Source: Mytilus californianus (taxonomy: Eukaryota). Taken from it: 64,000 bases of DNA. Below the pieces are notes generated by a model. It was given only the letters and a program-made list of their open reading frames with translations. It did not search any database and was not told the origin of the DNA. Both the position numbers and the translations under genes were made by a program. Where the stretch lies: the NCBI RefSeq assembly GCF_021869535.1, contig NW_026262679.1, positions 41,168,001 to 41,232,000 on the forward strand, given 5' to 3'. Positions 1 to 13,816 of the stretch are shown here, piece after piece (the stretch's first letter is position 1; every line of letters starts with the position of its first letter).

Positions 1-3000
1 CAATTTCTTTGTTTGAATACTACGTATATACCTGTCTGGAATAGCTGCTATAACATTACAATCTTCCTTAATATAAAGATACTTTTCTATATCTGATTTG
101 ACCTTTGTTGTTACTTTTGCCGTAAGTGACAAATTTTAATAAACGACATTTGCCATTTGCAACAGGACATCCCGAATAAAACAACAAACTCGGGCGATAT
201 TCCCATTGTTATTAATCAGAATGTAATTTTAACAAAATAAAATGTATGATGTGTTATGTAGAAAATAGAGACATTTGATTCAAAACAGATATTTTTACCA
301 TGTCAGTTTAAGAAAAATCTATTCCGAAATGCTTGAGATATCAAATTTACAGATAACAATAATATGTTAAACTTCGTCGAATTATAGTTCTCGAGATTCA
401 ATTTCAATATTATCTTGATTGCCATGAATTTTGTATTTTAATTAATCTATAATATACATATATATGCGTACCATTCCGACACACAAATATATTTATTCCA
501 AGCTAGTGAATGTATGGATTTCATTCCAGTTCATATACAATATATTTTGGAACTGACGCCTAACGTCTTACATTTTTTTAACTGCAGTTTTTACCCATCG
601 ACATTGATAAACGCGCACCGCAGAGAGGACTCCAAAATGAGTTGTTACGTAAAGTATTGTTACATTAACGTTCCCTCAAGGAAACTGGATAACAGGATGC
701 TTTATACCGTCAACTATACAATAACTATTAAAACGTTTATTTGTCTACCGTTTGTATGTACACTAGAAATGAAGTGCATATATTGTAATTCCCCATTTAA
801 GGAATGAAAAGATAGGCGTGGATATTTGAGACATTCGCTTACAGCAAAACTTTACAAAGGTAGGAAAGTAACCGTTCTCCAGGCTATCAACACTTGTCTA
901 CAGACATCTTTGTATCACAGCAATGAACTATTTATCAGCACAGATTGCTTTAATTCTCTTGGGAACTTTTATTCTTTTATCGCGGCAAGAACTAGTTTTT
1001 GTGAAAAGGAGTCTAGTGATGGTTACATATCAAACAAAAGACGGCGCACCACTCCCATCAACACTCCAAGGTCGATTAAGAAGTTAAAGCAGACATGCAA
1101 GTTTCAATTGATATCTTCCGTAGTAGAAAAAAATGCCTCCAAATCATTGATGTTCATTCCCTCACCAATTCTCGCATTGTCCTTTAGTATGGGGATACTA
1201 TTTCATTTTAATCCTGTCAAAGGCAACTTTTTTATCATCTATTGCCAGGCCAGATTATTCATTTTCATACCCCCCCGAATATCAAATGATCGTCCCATTT
1301 CTGAATTGTATCAACCGTTTGAATAATATCAATTCATTATATGTAAATTATTTTAATAGACCATTGAAAGTTAAAGGCGAGGATATAGCAATTATGATAA
1401 TACAATTTGTAAAATTTGACTACTACTAAGTATAATAACAAAAAAGTAATAAAAATGAAAATTATTAGTCTTTTAATAAATGTCTTTATTACTGTTGTCC
1501 TGGTGAATGAACTATTTGTCAACGGACATAATGATAACATCAATTTGTCTTTTTAAAGGATACCGTTAAACAGGGAAATACTATAAACAGCCATTTACAC
1601 ACTGCTGTAAGTTTTTTAAGCGGAATTGTGGAAAAGGTGGCAGCGTACTTGCAAATGGAACTGATGGTATGCGTAGAGCTATAAGAGAATGCTGTTTTGA
1701 TATAATTTTCAAGGAAATGAAAGAAATTTCAAAAAAATCTGAGAAAAACATTTTGTCACTTTCTATTTTAATAGAAACAGTGCAGCAGATAAAATGGAGT
1801 TCAGTAGTGTCAGAACTGAAATTGAAGGCACCAACTCTTTATGGCGTTTTTTCATCCATGCTCTCGCCCCAAAAAGTCCAATATAGGTAATGTTACGATG
1901 TTCATTTCTGTATATATTTAGTGAATTACAAGCAATCACTTATACATAAGCAATATTAAAAAAAATAGTGCAAATATTAGTAACAAAAAAGGAAACAGAG
2001 CTCTATTTCCGTCAAGCTGTGCATATGTCAATTGTGGACAGAATATATTAAGCTTTATGTGGCGACTACATACGACACATTTTCATTCAATACAATATAA
2101 TCTGAACAATGTTTGACACGATTTTTGTTACTAATTGCAAATATATATATATCATTGCCTAGAAAATCAACATAAAATTGGTAGAGTAGATATCTTTTGT
2201 TACTTCCTCTCCAATCGGAGCTGGAACTTGTGACCTTTTCCTCACATTTCACGACAACTGCGCTTATCATTATAAATGTAAACTAATGTTTTCAAATAAC
2301 TATATATATATGCACATGTTTTCATATGTATCACTCATGTTTTAGAACTGAAAACTTACCCCCAAACCCTAAACTCATAAATCATACAGTGTACTCAATG
2401 TCATGTTCAAGAGAAACACGCAGTGTAAAACTTTCCAGACTTTGAACTCTATACAGTTATGGTCAGGAGGATTTAAATCGACTGTAAGTGAAAGAAAAGA
2501 AGCTATTGCTGAAGTTAGACAAGTTTTACATATTCAAAAAAGAGCTATTTAAGAAATCTATATATATACTAGTAGAAACTTTCAATAAAAAAACATTCAT
2601 CTATAGTAATAAAGACGAAAATTCAAATATATTTTTTTTTAACTGTATTCGTTGCGGACATGGCAATTGTACATAACGATTGATAAAATTGATATCTTGC
2701 GTATTTCAACAATAATAGGTTTTAACTCAGTTTAACAGAATGGGATGGTGTCTTGGACCCACTGCCATAAGAAAGGCAATTGATGTCATATGTAAAGATT
2801 TTGATAAAGAAATTAATGAGGCTAAAAGTTTAATTGAGGAATGATCAGAATTAAACAATCGTCCTGTTAAATATATCAACTACGATCACAGTTTACAGAG
2901 GCTGTATGAATCTTTCAGTAAAAAATAAAACTGAAAATCCTTTTAGCTGATAGATGTAATGTTTAGCTTGTTACTTTCTCAGTAGATAAATAAAGTTACA

Positions 3001-3580
3001 TTTATCTTTTTTTATACGTGTAAATGAAATCAGAACAGTGTGTACTGGCTGGTCATTATCGATGTTTTCCCGTATTTTACGATTTTGACACGCATACATA
3101 GCTATTGAATATACATGACTTTATAGATAAGAACATCACGTGTAGCTAAAACTGGAAGTTGTTGATTTGTAGCTTTAAGTTTTAATGTATATACATGTAG
3201 TTTATAAAATAAGAAAATAATAACACAAATATAGTATCTAATTATCATAAGCCAAGCGGGTAAAACACGGATCTGTTACAATAATCAAAAAAACAAAATA
3301 GATAAATTGATTATGAGGATGGAAGTCAATTACGATGGTCAAACTACAACACAGTGTGTGAAGCTTTAGAGCTCAATCATCTTCAACCTTAAATTTTTTT
3401 CTGTAGGAACAGAGTCAAAGTATGAATGACGAAGATGAAGAAGAGGGTATTCAAAATAGTGAACCGTCTAGCAGGAATGTTTTGTCGCCTAGTGGACAAA
3501 ATGAGTTAACCCAAACAAATGTACGAAAGAGATTATTTGACGTCTCCAATATAACAGAACAAAACCAGGACATACATAGA

Positions 3581-3716
3581 GAATATCATATGGCTTTTTC
3601 AATATCACATCCGTATAAACCCGAGACACCAATATAATCCCAAGAGCTCTGCTCGATGGATTTTATTGGTTGAGGGTTGATACGGTGTGTGATATTGAAA
3701 AAGCCATATCATATAC
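3581..3716. repeat. Long imperfect palindrome (about 40-bp arms), head of an insertion truncating the acidic exon
   Basis: ATATGGCTTTTTCAATATCACATCCGTATAAACCC (about 3588-3622) is the near reverse complement of GGGTTGATACGGTGTGTGATATTGAAAAAGCCATAT (about 3674-3709). Confidence 0.75.
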
Positions 3717-5803
3717 ACTTTATTATATACATTTACTTCAGGTAGATGTTTTTTATGTGTCATACTGATAAGGAGGTTTGAAATGACGTCATAGAGATTA
3801 TAGATTTGACATGACGTCATACAGATTAGGGGTTTGATAAAGCCTTTGCAACAGTAACTGCAATCGATGACATGACGTCATACAGATTAAAGGTGTGATA
3901 AAGCCTTTGCAACCGTGCTGATATCGATATCATCACGGGTGGCTGATACAGCACGCTTGCCAATGATTGTATTACACATACAATTTATCTGTATTTACTA
4001 CTAAGTATATAATAAAGGGTAATAATGTGGTGATTATATATATCTGCAACTTTGAAATTGAGTTGATGTAAATGAAAAGACAAAGACATTTCCCTATAAC
4101 AAACAGCGATTCATAATGTTTGTTCACTTGCAGGATATTGATTAAAACAAGTTGTCGGCAAACGATTTCTTTTCAATAATTGATTATAAAGCAATTCAAA
4201 GCATAATGAAAAAAATGTTGATATTTTTACATTTAAAACTTTATATTGAATCATGATCATCGTGGACGTACATGTACGTCTTTGGGATAGAAATGTTAAG
4301 GCGTTAATGGCATAGGCACTGGTCTCTAAAAATATACTTATTTACATTAATTTTTATTAAAGTATATAGGTATTTCTTTTCGGAGACAAGTGCCTGTGGT
4401 TAATGGTTTGAAAGTAAAGACGGGCATCTTAAGTCCGTTCGGTAATACCGGCGCCATTTGATCTCAAAAGGAGAGTTGTCTCATTCGCGGTTATATTACA
4501 TTTTTCATATTTTAAACTTGATTGACGTTTACAAAAACACAAAACTGAATATTCATTTACATCGTTTCTATTCTTACTCATATTCAGAACACCATCCTGT
4601 CTACTCGTTCTGTTGGGACAATATTGGTAGGCACTTGACAGTTAGACAGCAAACAACAGATCATCAAAATAAGTACCATATGTGGGCTCTCGCGTACGCT
4701 GCTGTGAATAGGGTTCAAACTACCAATCTACCTACTGATGACAATATTCCGGCATCGACAATACCACTGACGAGATTCTTACCATCTGATGAAGATATTA
4801 TAGATTTGAAACAACGACTGATATTTGAGGTTGAATCTATTGCTGCAGAATATTTTCAAGCTTTTAAGTCCCATAGTCCTAAACTTTTTACCCATCAGCA
4901 TACAGCAGTCATGGATAAAAAGTCACATTTAGTAAGATAAAGATGATGAAAAAATATATAGACATACACCTTTTTTTGAAAAGCACTTGTTTTAGTATTC
5001 TTTTTTTTTCAGCAGAATAAAAATATAATTTTATTTATAAATTTCTCGTAAAGAATTTTCTGTTTTTTTTTTCTTCATAAAACCCTTTTTTTAAGCCGAT
5101 TGCTAAGTTCAAGGATTTTTCTGTAAGTTTGAAAAATCATGATTAAAGATACAAACCAAAGTCGTTTCTTTTTAGATAAACTTAGGAATAATTCAAGAAA
5201 ATCCATCTTCCACTGCTGGAACAATCGCAATATTCGAGAAATTGCACAAGTATGTCCCGATATCTAACGCAAAATTAAACGCATGTGTAGTGTACGGTGA
5301 TGGGCTTACTTGTGAAAGACATAATGATGCTCACAATCCCCGGGCTGGAGGAAGAACGGCGGAAGACAGACTTGAAGGGTTGGAACCTTATCCACAAGAA
5401 TTCCACAAACGCATGCTTCTTCTCCAGGTTACATTCTTAATATTTTTAAAGGTGCAGAATTTTCCAGGTGTCATTGAGTTTTCATTTGCTAGGGTTTCAG
5501 GGAAACGTTTGTCTCAGACTAAAATAGATATAGATAAGATGATACAGGATGTTCTCGGATTTACATTACAGCTTTAAAAAAAATCTTCGTTTTTATTTAG
5601 AAATGTTACTTTTGTGCGTTTTTTTTAATGAATTCATCAAAAGTAAACAGGGTCTCAAAAGGGTAATGGTATCGTGTGAGGACTAACAGGAAATAAATTT
5701 AAAAAATTCATAATGAACGAAAAATTAAAAATGTAAATACGTTGCTCTTAAACCAATTTGTACGTAACACGATGAAAAAATTAACTTATTGAGTGTCATT
5801 CGT

Positions 5804-5832
5804 ACCCGCGCTTGCGCAGGTAACCATCTAGT
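5804..5832 (+). mobile_element. Helitron-type 3' terminus (GC hairpin plus CTAG)
   Basis: ACCCGCGC-TT-GCGCAGGT hairpin, then CTAG at 5828-5831 followed by T. The 5' end was not located. Confidence 0.45.
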
Positions 5833-5994
5833 TATTTATAAAAATAAGCACAATAAGAGTGATTTTGTTTTAAACATTTTGCTCTTCTTCCTACCTAAAT
5901 CTTGGTGACTTTGGGATGATTTTGAACAGTGAGCTATGTCATATTAATTTGCATACTGAAATTTTTCTGTCATCAGTTCTAATGAAAAATGCTT

Positions 5995-6585
5995 GATGGT
6001 ATGATACTAAACCCCTAACGGGAGAGATTGTGCTTGGTTTTCGTATGATGAAGACATCATCTTTCAATCAGTTTAATTGAGGTCTGGAGCTGGCATGTCA
6101 GTAACTGCTAGTAGTCCTTTGTTAATTAATGTATCATTGTCATTTTGGTTAGTTTCTTTTGTTACCTATTCTGACATTGGACTCGGACTACTTTTAAACT
6201 GATTTTTACTGTGCGTATTGCTGTGTATTTGTTTATTCTACATTGGCTAGAGGTATAGGGGGAGGGTTGAGATCTCACAAAACATGTTTAACCCCGCCGC
6301 ATTTTTGCGCCTGTCCCAAGTCAGGAGCCTCTGGCCATTGTTAGTCTTGTATGGTTTTTTTTAATTTTAGTTCATTTATGTTTTGGAGTTGAGTGTGACG
6401 TCCATTTTCATTGAACTAGACAGTACACATTTTTGTTTAGGGGCCAGCTGAAGCCCGCCTCCGGGTGCGGAATTTTCTCGCTGTGTTGAATACCCATTGG
6501 TGGCCTTGGGCTGTTTTCTGCTCTTTGGTCGGGTTATTGTCTCTTTGACACATTCCCCATTTCCATTCTCAGTTTTATTTGAATA
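5995..6585 (-). repeat. Interspersed repeat family A copy (about 600 bp)
   Basis: Reverse-complement match over several hundred bases to 22885-23435 (e.g. TTGAGATCTCACAAAACATGTTTAACCCCGCCGCATTTTTG). Confidence 0.75.
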
Positions 6586-9405
6586 TAAATTATTAATAGT
6601 CACTAATAATAGCGATATTTATAATACTTATAATACTTATAGAAAAATAAAATAGATAAGAAACACTCGATTCAGAATTGAATATTTAAGGATACTTTGA
6701 ATTCTTTCAACAATTTGAATCTTCTTTGGTCAAAAATTTAGCAGAACTAATTCCTGTCTCATTGGACAAAAATTGATACCCTGTAGGCCTATCAATTTCT
6801 ACAAGGTTGACAAAGTTAAACTGAGTCTGTTGTTTTTATTATCTATATATAAGGTTGTTGTTTTGAAATAATCGCGCAAAATCCAGAAGGTTAACCACTT
6901 TTACAATATTTCAACCTTTGATTATTTTATAGATCTCAATAAAATTGTTGTTGGGAGTGCATGATTAAATACTCACATGTACAAACGGCACCATATTTTA
7001 TTATCAATGCGCGTTATTTATGATATATGAAGTCTATGTAAAGCTAAAATATTGTAGTGGAGTGACAAATCAAGAACAATGTGCTTATTTCACGACTTTA
7101 ATGGACCGGCATAACTGCAGGCTAAAAATATTTTTTTGGCATAGGCCAATACCTTAATCTTACTTTTTTACCCGGTCTTAGCCATTTCCTACGTTGCAGT
7201 TTTTCATAAAATGGAAAGAAAAAGACATGTTGAAATTTTTTATTTTATTCAAAAGATAATTTACTTTTCTTTCTTTTTTATAGTCCTCAAACTCTTGATT
7301 TGGCATTTTATGAAAGTTTAAGTGCTAATTCATATGATAAAACTATAATTCCTTCTATTTAGCCTTATTTTTTCGTTTTCACCCAGTTTTAAAGATATGC
7401 ACACTATTTTATTTCCCTGAGTGGTTACAACATTTGTAAATTTACAGTACATCGATATTTTCAAAATTTGTTGTGTGAAAAGGTAATATAACTTCAGTAC
7501 GTAAAGTTATGAGACCACTCCGGCTCAGTTTTTCTAATAAATTCACGTTTTTCTACATATTTTTGATCGACATTATAATTCAGTGAATTTCCGGATTTAT
7601 TTCTTTTACCGATACGAAGTATATTTACTTTTTATTGACGAATCCTTCAGCACTGCATCATTCCATTGTTCGAGTTTGAGCCAATTAAATATGTAAAGAT
7701 TGATATTTTTGCATCATAGGTTTATTGAACAATGTTTTAAATAGTTTTTGACTGAAAGTCCGTAAGTTACAATACAATCAATGTTAAGGTTCCACTTAAG
7801 TCAAAATATAGGACACTTCATAAACATCTAAACTTTGCCTGTATTTTTCAACCTATAATAAGTAAAGTCCTAAACTATGAGAACATATGTTCATTTAAAC
7901 ATACTTAACATATACACACTGTGTAAATTGTAAATAAACTTGAAATTGTTATGCTGTGGCCAAACCGGTTCTTGGGGTGAACACTAAATTTTCAAAAAAA
8001 TCTGAAGGCCTGCGAGACGACTTAATTTGCTTAAAATTGGTATGGACGAATACTGTTACATGTAATGCAGGGCAAGCTCATGTTGATTTGTCACATACAT
8101 ATGTTTTAATGGCATATTTGTCCAATTTTTGTATTGTACCTTCGATATTTGTTCACCTAGATACATGAAATTAACTGAAACTCGAAAATCAATACGTTTT
8201 CTGTGTTCAGATATCCTTCAACAAATTATTTTAACATGCAAAGGTAAAGAGCTTGAAATAAAAGTTGAGTATGCTACACACAGTATTTAGCTTGTACAAG
8301 TATTTAATCATGTGTAGGGTCTGTGGGATGTAGGAATCATCCAACTCAACAAGCAATTTCTGAAGAAGAAGACGATGAAACCGATGTCTGATGAAAATAT
8401 GTAAAGTCAGAAATATTGGGAAAATCATTTCTTATAAATATATTACAGTAAAACTCATGGAGGGTGGATACAGCTTTGACTATGCGGAATGTTTAAACCC
8501 ACTGATAAACAATGAGAAGCCCAGAGTTCTGAAAATGTTGTGCACTTTGCATGTTAAAGGACCCTTACAGCAACTCTTTCTGAGGGGTCCATAATAGGCT
8601 GCTGTTGTCACAATTCCTACCCATACAATCGCAATAGTCATAACAAAAATATACGCTAACCTATCAGTATGTCAGTTAAACCATTTTATTCAGTTACCTT
8701 ATGAAATATTTGCCGCTGTCAACCGGTATATAATTAAACAGAATCAAACTCGAAACCAAGGGTTAGGATAAGCCATAATCCGATGGATGCATTAATGGAT
8801 GACGTCATTAGCTCAATTACGTCATTAATGTGTACTGCACTTTTTTGCGAACTTTTCATCTTTTCACGTTTTTGAGGGTTTTTTTTTATTTTTGTACTTG
8901 CGTTTTTTCTCACCCGTTCTTTGTAAAGGTATTTTGTTCTTATTTGAATAATTTCTATCTTCTATATTTTATGTATTTACATTTTTACTTATATTCTTTT
9001 TACTATGATACATTTTTTAAAGTAAACCCTCGAAAATTTCAGAAAAGTAAGCCTAAAATGCATATATAAAATATACTGCAAAAGCGCCGAAAAAAAGAGA
9101 ATAAATTTGAGACTCTATACTTCTAAATATAATAAAATTATTATATCTATTATTCTATAATATTTATAAAAGAATCCTCACAAAATTTTATTTTCATAAA
9201 TTTCATAATCCATATTTTTTAATATTGGTAAAAAACGCGCGAAAATTACAAGATGGAGGAATTAAATTTAGCGCAAAAACGGCGACGTCATAGTACATTA
9301 CGTAGTTCATAACATTATTTGAATTGGCCGATGAATCGGCCCTTTGGCACTGACAGGAGTATGACTTTGGGCCGATAATCGGCCCTGTGGCACAGAACTC
9401 GTTAA

Positions 9406-11180
9406 CCCTCTTGCTGCCGAGTTTTTTTCTTGCTTTGTCGCGCCAAAAGCTTCTTGACGTTTCATATCTGTGACGTTGCAAAACTTGTGCCTCTCTGTAG
9501 AACAGCGCTTTCCCGCCGTCCATTATTTTTCCCGCGTCAATGTAGCCGTAATTATGAAGAGCGATAAAGTAATTTTATGAAAACTATTGCTCTAAGATTG
9601 TTATAAACGATGTTTTTAATACAATATTATTTAAAAATACAACTTTTAATCTTGAAATGTAGTTTTTTTTTTATCTTTCTCGTCTTTAAAAAAAATGAAA
9701 ATAATATACCCATTCAGTGCTACTAGCTTTATAAGTGCTTTTGTTTATCTTTGTCAAGTGAAATGCATAACTGATTCTTAACCACCTCTAAAATGCTAAA
9801 ATATATTTATCCTTGTTATCCGATTAGCTTAGTAAACCTTGTTATAATTGATAAATACCGTAAAAAATCTCTCAAATTAACAAAACAACGGCCCCCAATA
9901 AAAATAAAAATAAAAACAATGCGTGTACAAATAAAAATAAATAAAAACTCCGAGCAGCCGATTCTATGAACTACTTCTTGTTGTAAAGTATCAAACGTGT
10001 CAGATTAAAATTTTCATTCCACCGAAGCCTTGTTTCGGTAGGCGAGAAAATAATTTTTATAGACATAACTATCCATATTCATTTTGTTTATTTTTTAATG
10101 ATGTTTATTATTATTTTGTTGACCACTTATTGCTCAAAATTTTAGAGAAATGTTTGAAAATACGAATTTAAAAAAAACAACAGAAAAACGAGGGAAGAAA
10201 TTCTCTAAAATTAATTTCTATTGTCTACAAGCATGACAAGTGAACCTGAATCAATAATTCATTTCCATTTTCTATGATGAAGTACACACTGTAATTGGCA
10301 TACACGAAATATCTTTTAAAATCTGTTGATTGATAAATTGTTCTCTTCTCAACGTTCAGTGGCAAGTATTTCATGCAATATTAAGGACGTCTGAAATTTA
10401 ATGTACAATAAATCTGTTGCTCAGTGGGTCCTACAAAGTAAAAGATCTGTGATGAATGGCTGAAAATTGAGGTTGCCACTGGGAAAGGATGATATGTAGG
10501 ATAGGAAAAGAAATCATTGGGTCACCTACTAATTTAACATCCCCATTTCGGATGAAAATAAATATTTTTAGATTAGTGCTTCAATGGTGAAACGGGAATA
10601 AAATGTATTGAAATATCGTATGGCAATACAAGTATATCGGGTAACATTTGTGTACTTTTACAAAAAGAAAATCTTCACTGAGAATTCAATCGCGGCATTT
10701 GAGCCCTAAAGAAATTTTCCAGTTCTCTTAAATAAAGCGTGTATTGTGAATATTATATATTTCGCGTAATCAAGTATAACAGTTACCTTTTCTATGAATA
10801 TTTATTAGGAATGCGATTATTATATGAGATATTCTGATTGAAAGATGTATGAAAAAAACGTTTAACAAATTTCTCGAAAGTATATGCAACATTTTACATG
10901 AAAATGACGAACTAGATAATTAGTAAACACGTTAAATAAATTGGTATTATAGTACTAACAAGCTTATGATCCTGTATCATTTTTTGACATCCGTTTTAAG
11001 TATACAAATAATGCATTTTATTCAAAATGCTTCATTCCCGCCAAAATCGTCCTTTTGGCGCCGTCTTTGACGTTGTCAGTGCCCCTCAGTATTGTGACGT
11101 TACCATGGACCTTTGACGTTCTACACAATCAACAAGATTTGTGTGTAGAAGCCATAAATGTCCCTTTGGCAGCAAGAGGG
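9406..11180. mobile_element. Non-autonomous piggyBac-type element (1775 bp)
   Basis: Perfect 13-bp TIR CCCTCTTGCTGCC / GGCAGCAAGAGGG, with TTAA on both sides (9402-9405, 11181-11184). CCC...GGG termini with TTAA are piggyBac hallmarks. No intact ORF inside. Confidence 0.85.
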
Positions 11181-12666
11181 TTAAGCACCATCCAAAATAC
11201 TTTACTTTGGCCCATAGATTATTAGCAGGTATGAGTATCGTTAATCTGAATAAAAAGGATGCATTAAATTGCAATGTTAAATTGACTACACTAAGATATA
11301 AAAGTGAAAAACAATTTAAGACCAACCCTTTGCTGTTTCAGTAGAAAAAAAACTTAACGCGGCAGGAATTTCAGTTGAAATATTAACAAGAGCTGTCCAA
11401 AAAAAAAAAGAGAGAAAGTGAAAATCGTCAGTATTGAACTTGACCTCCATTCTGTCATCAGTAAAATTAAATTCACATTCAAAAAGCTTTAAATGGGCGG
11501 TTCATAAGTTATCGCAAGGAAATGGACAGAGCCGCCCATTCGCCGTACAACCCCAAATCAATATTCGGAATTTTCCGTTGAAATTCGGGTTGAAAATTCG
11601 TTCAAAAAATAAAGGGGTGATGATTAATTGATGAAGAGATTTCTTATGGTCCCGTCATTTACTGAAAATTTACGAAGACATGGACAAAATAATCATGTGA
11701 TTATAGATATCAGTTTTTTAGTCCTAGAAGAGATGGTCAACCATGATAACTTTTCTTTACAGGTGTGAATGGTTTTTTACCCTCAAAATTACGAGAGGAT
11801 ATGGTTTGGAATCGAACTGTGAATTACACTGGAGGAAGAGGGTCCAATTTGGAAATGGACCTCGTAAACGAATTTTTAAACAAAAGATTTATAAATTCAT
11901 TACACATGACGGGGAAAATGACGGACGAAACGATTGACAGACACGGGAAGATAGTAGGCGGACTGAAGAATGAAATTAACAGTATATATGACACCATGAC
12001 AGGTCAAAAAACATGGCATGCAGTGGGGGGTTGTAATAAAAGACGAACGGACGTAATTAAACTTATTACTCATTTAAAAAAAGAAGATCTGTTTAAATAT
12101 CACGGGGGGAGAACTTATAAATCATTTCAGAAATTTACTTTAAAATCATGTAATTCAATTGGATTCATGTTAACAAAAATTGAAAGATTGTCAAAAAAAA
12201 TAGGTAGAAGGAAGCCTATTTTATAAATTAAATTATTTCGATTTTATGATGTATTGCTTATTTTTTATTGTTACACCGAAGGGAAAATGCCACACAATTC
12301 GGCCTGTCTGCAGGTCGGCACATATACAAATAATCTATCTGAATTATAAACATCAATGCATCAAATATTAATTATGATAATAAGAACATAAAAAGAACAC
12401 AAAAAACGAAAAATCGTCGACGAAAGGAACCATGATATATGGAAAAGTTAAAACTGATTTGGTTTATGTCCCTCCTTCTTAATATTGAACAAGTAGAGTG
12501 AAAGCGCTTCATAGTCAATTTTCTCCTTCACTTTACAAGGCAATAAACTTAAAAAAGCTGGAGTAATTTATAGTTATGAAAACATTTAATATAGAATTAA
12601 CCAGCGGCATTCAGTGCCTGTAAAGTCCGCGTACAAAAAGTATGAGGTGCAAAGTCGTTGATTTAA

Positions 12667-12972
12667 GGATGTTCGCTTGTCATGTTTTGTAATTTCGGAA
12701 TCCTCTGGTTTTATCCATTTGAATGCCTTAAAAATTTTTTGCCCACTAACCCCCATTTTTCTTTTTATAAATGTTTTACATGCATAATATTAAGCCATCT
12801 GTAAAAGTCTTATAAAATCTTTGTTATTTTTTAATAGTTTTTGAGAACTTAAACTTGTCAATGATAAAGTATGAACAATCAAGAGAGAACATTTTTCCGT
12901 CAAAATTTCAATGGCTAATATCTCGAAAACAAGCACACGGACCAATATATTTTTTTCGCTCTTTTGGTTCCT
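12667..12972 (+). mobile_element. Truncated copy of the Kolobok-type MITE seen intact at 57688-58074
   Basis: TTAA|GGATGTTCGCT start and colinear similarity (…TATCTCGAAAACAAGCACACGGACC…). The right TIR was not found. Confidence 0.7.
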
Positions 12973-13816
12973 GTTTCGTCTACGTTATAGTGTAGAAACG
13001 TTACGTTCCGTAATATAACGTTACTGATGTAAACAAGATTTCCACAGCTCCGACTGCAAGGGATTTCCTCCTGTTAAGATGAGTTTCCATATAGTGTACA
13101 AGTATTTAAGGTATGTAACTTGTTTATTTTATCAAGCTTTAACATTTGTTATACATTTTTCGTATTTGAGCGCTCTGGCCATGTCCCAATCGTCCCCGGG
13201 TAATCTTCCCGGGAGCTTGCACCATTGAAGGTAATGGAGGGCGAGCTGGACTCAGTGACAAAAAAAAATGAAAATAAGTCACTGAGGTCAGGGCTGGACT
13301 ATATATTCAATGTTTCCAGGTTAAGACCTTCTTCAATCTAGATTCAATGTTTTTACGCTCTACGTATAATGATCGTCTGTTATAAGTTTTTTCTCTAGAT
13401 TCAATGTTTCGCCGTTAAAAAATCATAAATATTTAACGAATCCTCTGGTATAGACCTGGAGCCTGTTAATCGAAGCGCTCTTATGACTAGGACATGTTCT
13501 TAGGTCATCGTTGTACGTATCTTTATCCTAAGTGGGATTATCAAACATGTCATAATTTAGGAAAATTCGTTAGAATCTTCCTAACTTTAGGACACCTATT
13601 TAAGTGTCTTAAGATGGTCTTAGGATGGTCCTAACTTTATGATATATTCTATTATAGTTAATTTGTTAACAAATACGACCGCCACCTATATATATTTATT
13701 TAGGGAGCAGTATAAATAATTTGTGTAGCAATAGACCGCTTAGGGACTATTATAATCCAATGTATTTGGGTGACATTAATATTATAGTACGCAAGTATAG
13801 ATTATCCCGTCCGTAA

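Larger units (their letters stand above)
769..12226 (+). pseudogene. Decayed multi-exon DUF6589-like / DDE-type transposase-like gene
   Basis: Approximate exons: 769-~1100 (MKCIYC...ISTDC zinc-finger-like, TGA at 805-807), ~1559-1886, 2390-2483 (VLNVMFKRNTQ...LWSGG), 2719-~2917 (FNRMGWCLGP, internal TGA), ~3407-3580 (acidic), 4588-4931 (YSFCWDNI...FLPSDED), 5176-5427 (LGIIQENPSS...YGDGLTCER...QEFHKR), 11181-11228 (KHHPKY), 11763-12226 (WNRTVN...DLVNEFLN). Most junctions are GT-AG. It has stops, frameshifts and missing middle exons. The family name is from recalled motifs. Confidence 0.7.

Noticed and set aside
10230-10520. Possible transposase remnant on the minus strand inside the piggyBac-type MITE (MKYLPLNVEKR)
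   Set aside because: Only a few residues resemble the piggyBac motif, which is too weak without an HMM search.
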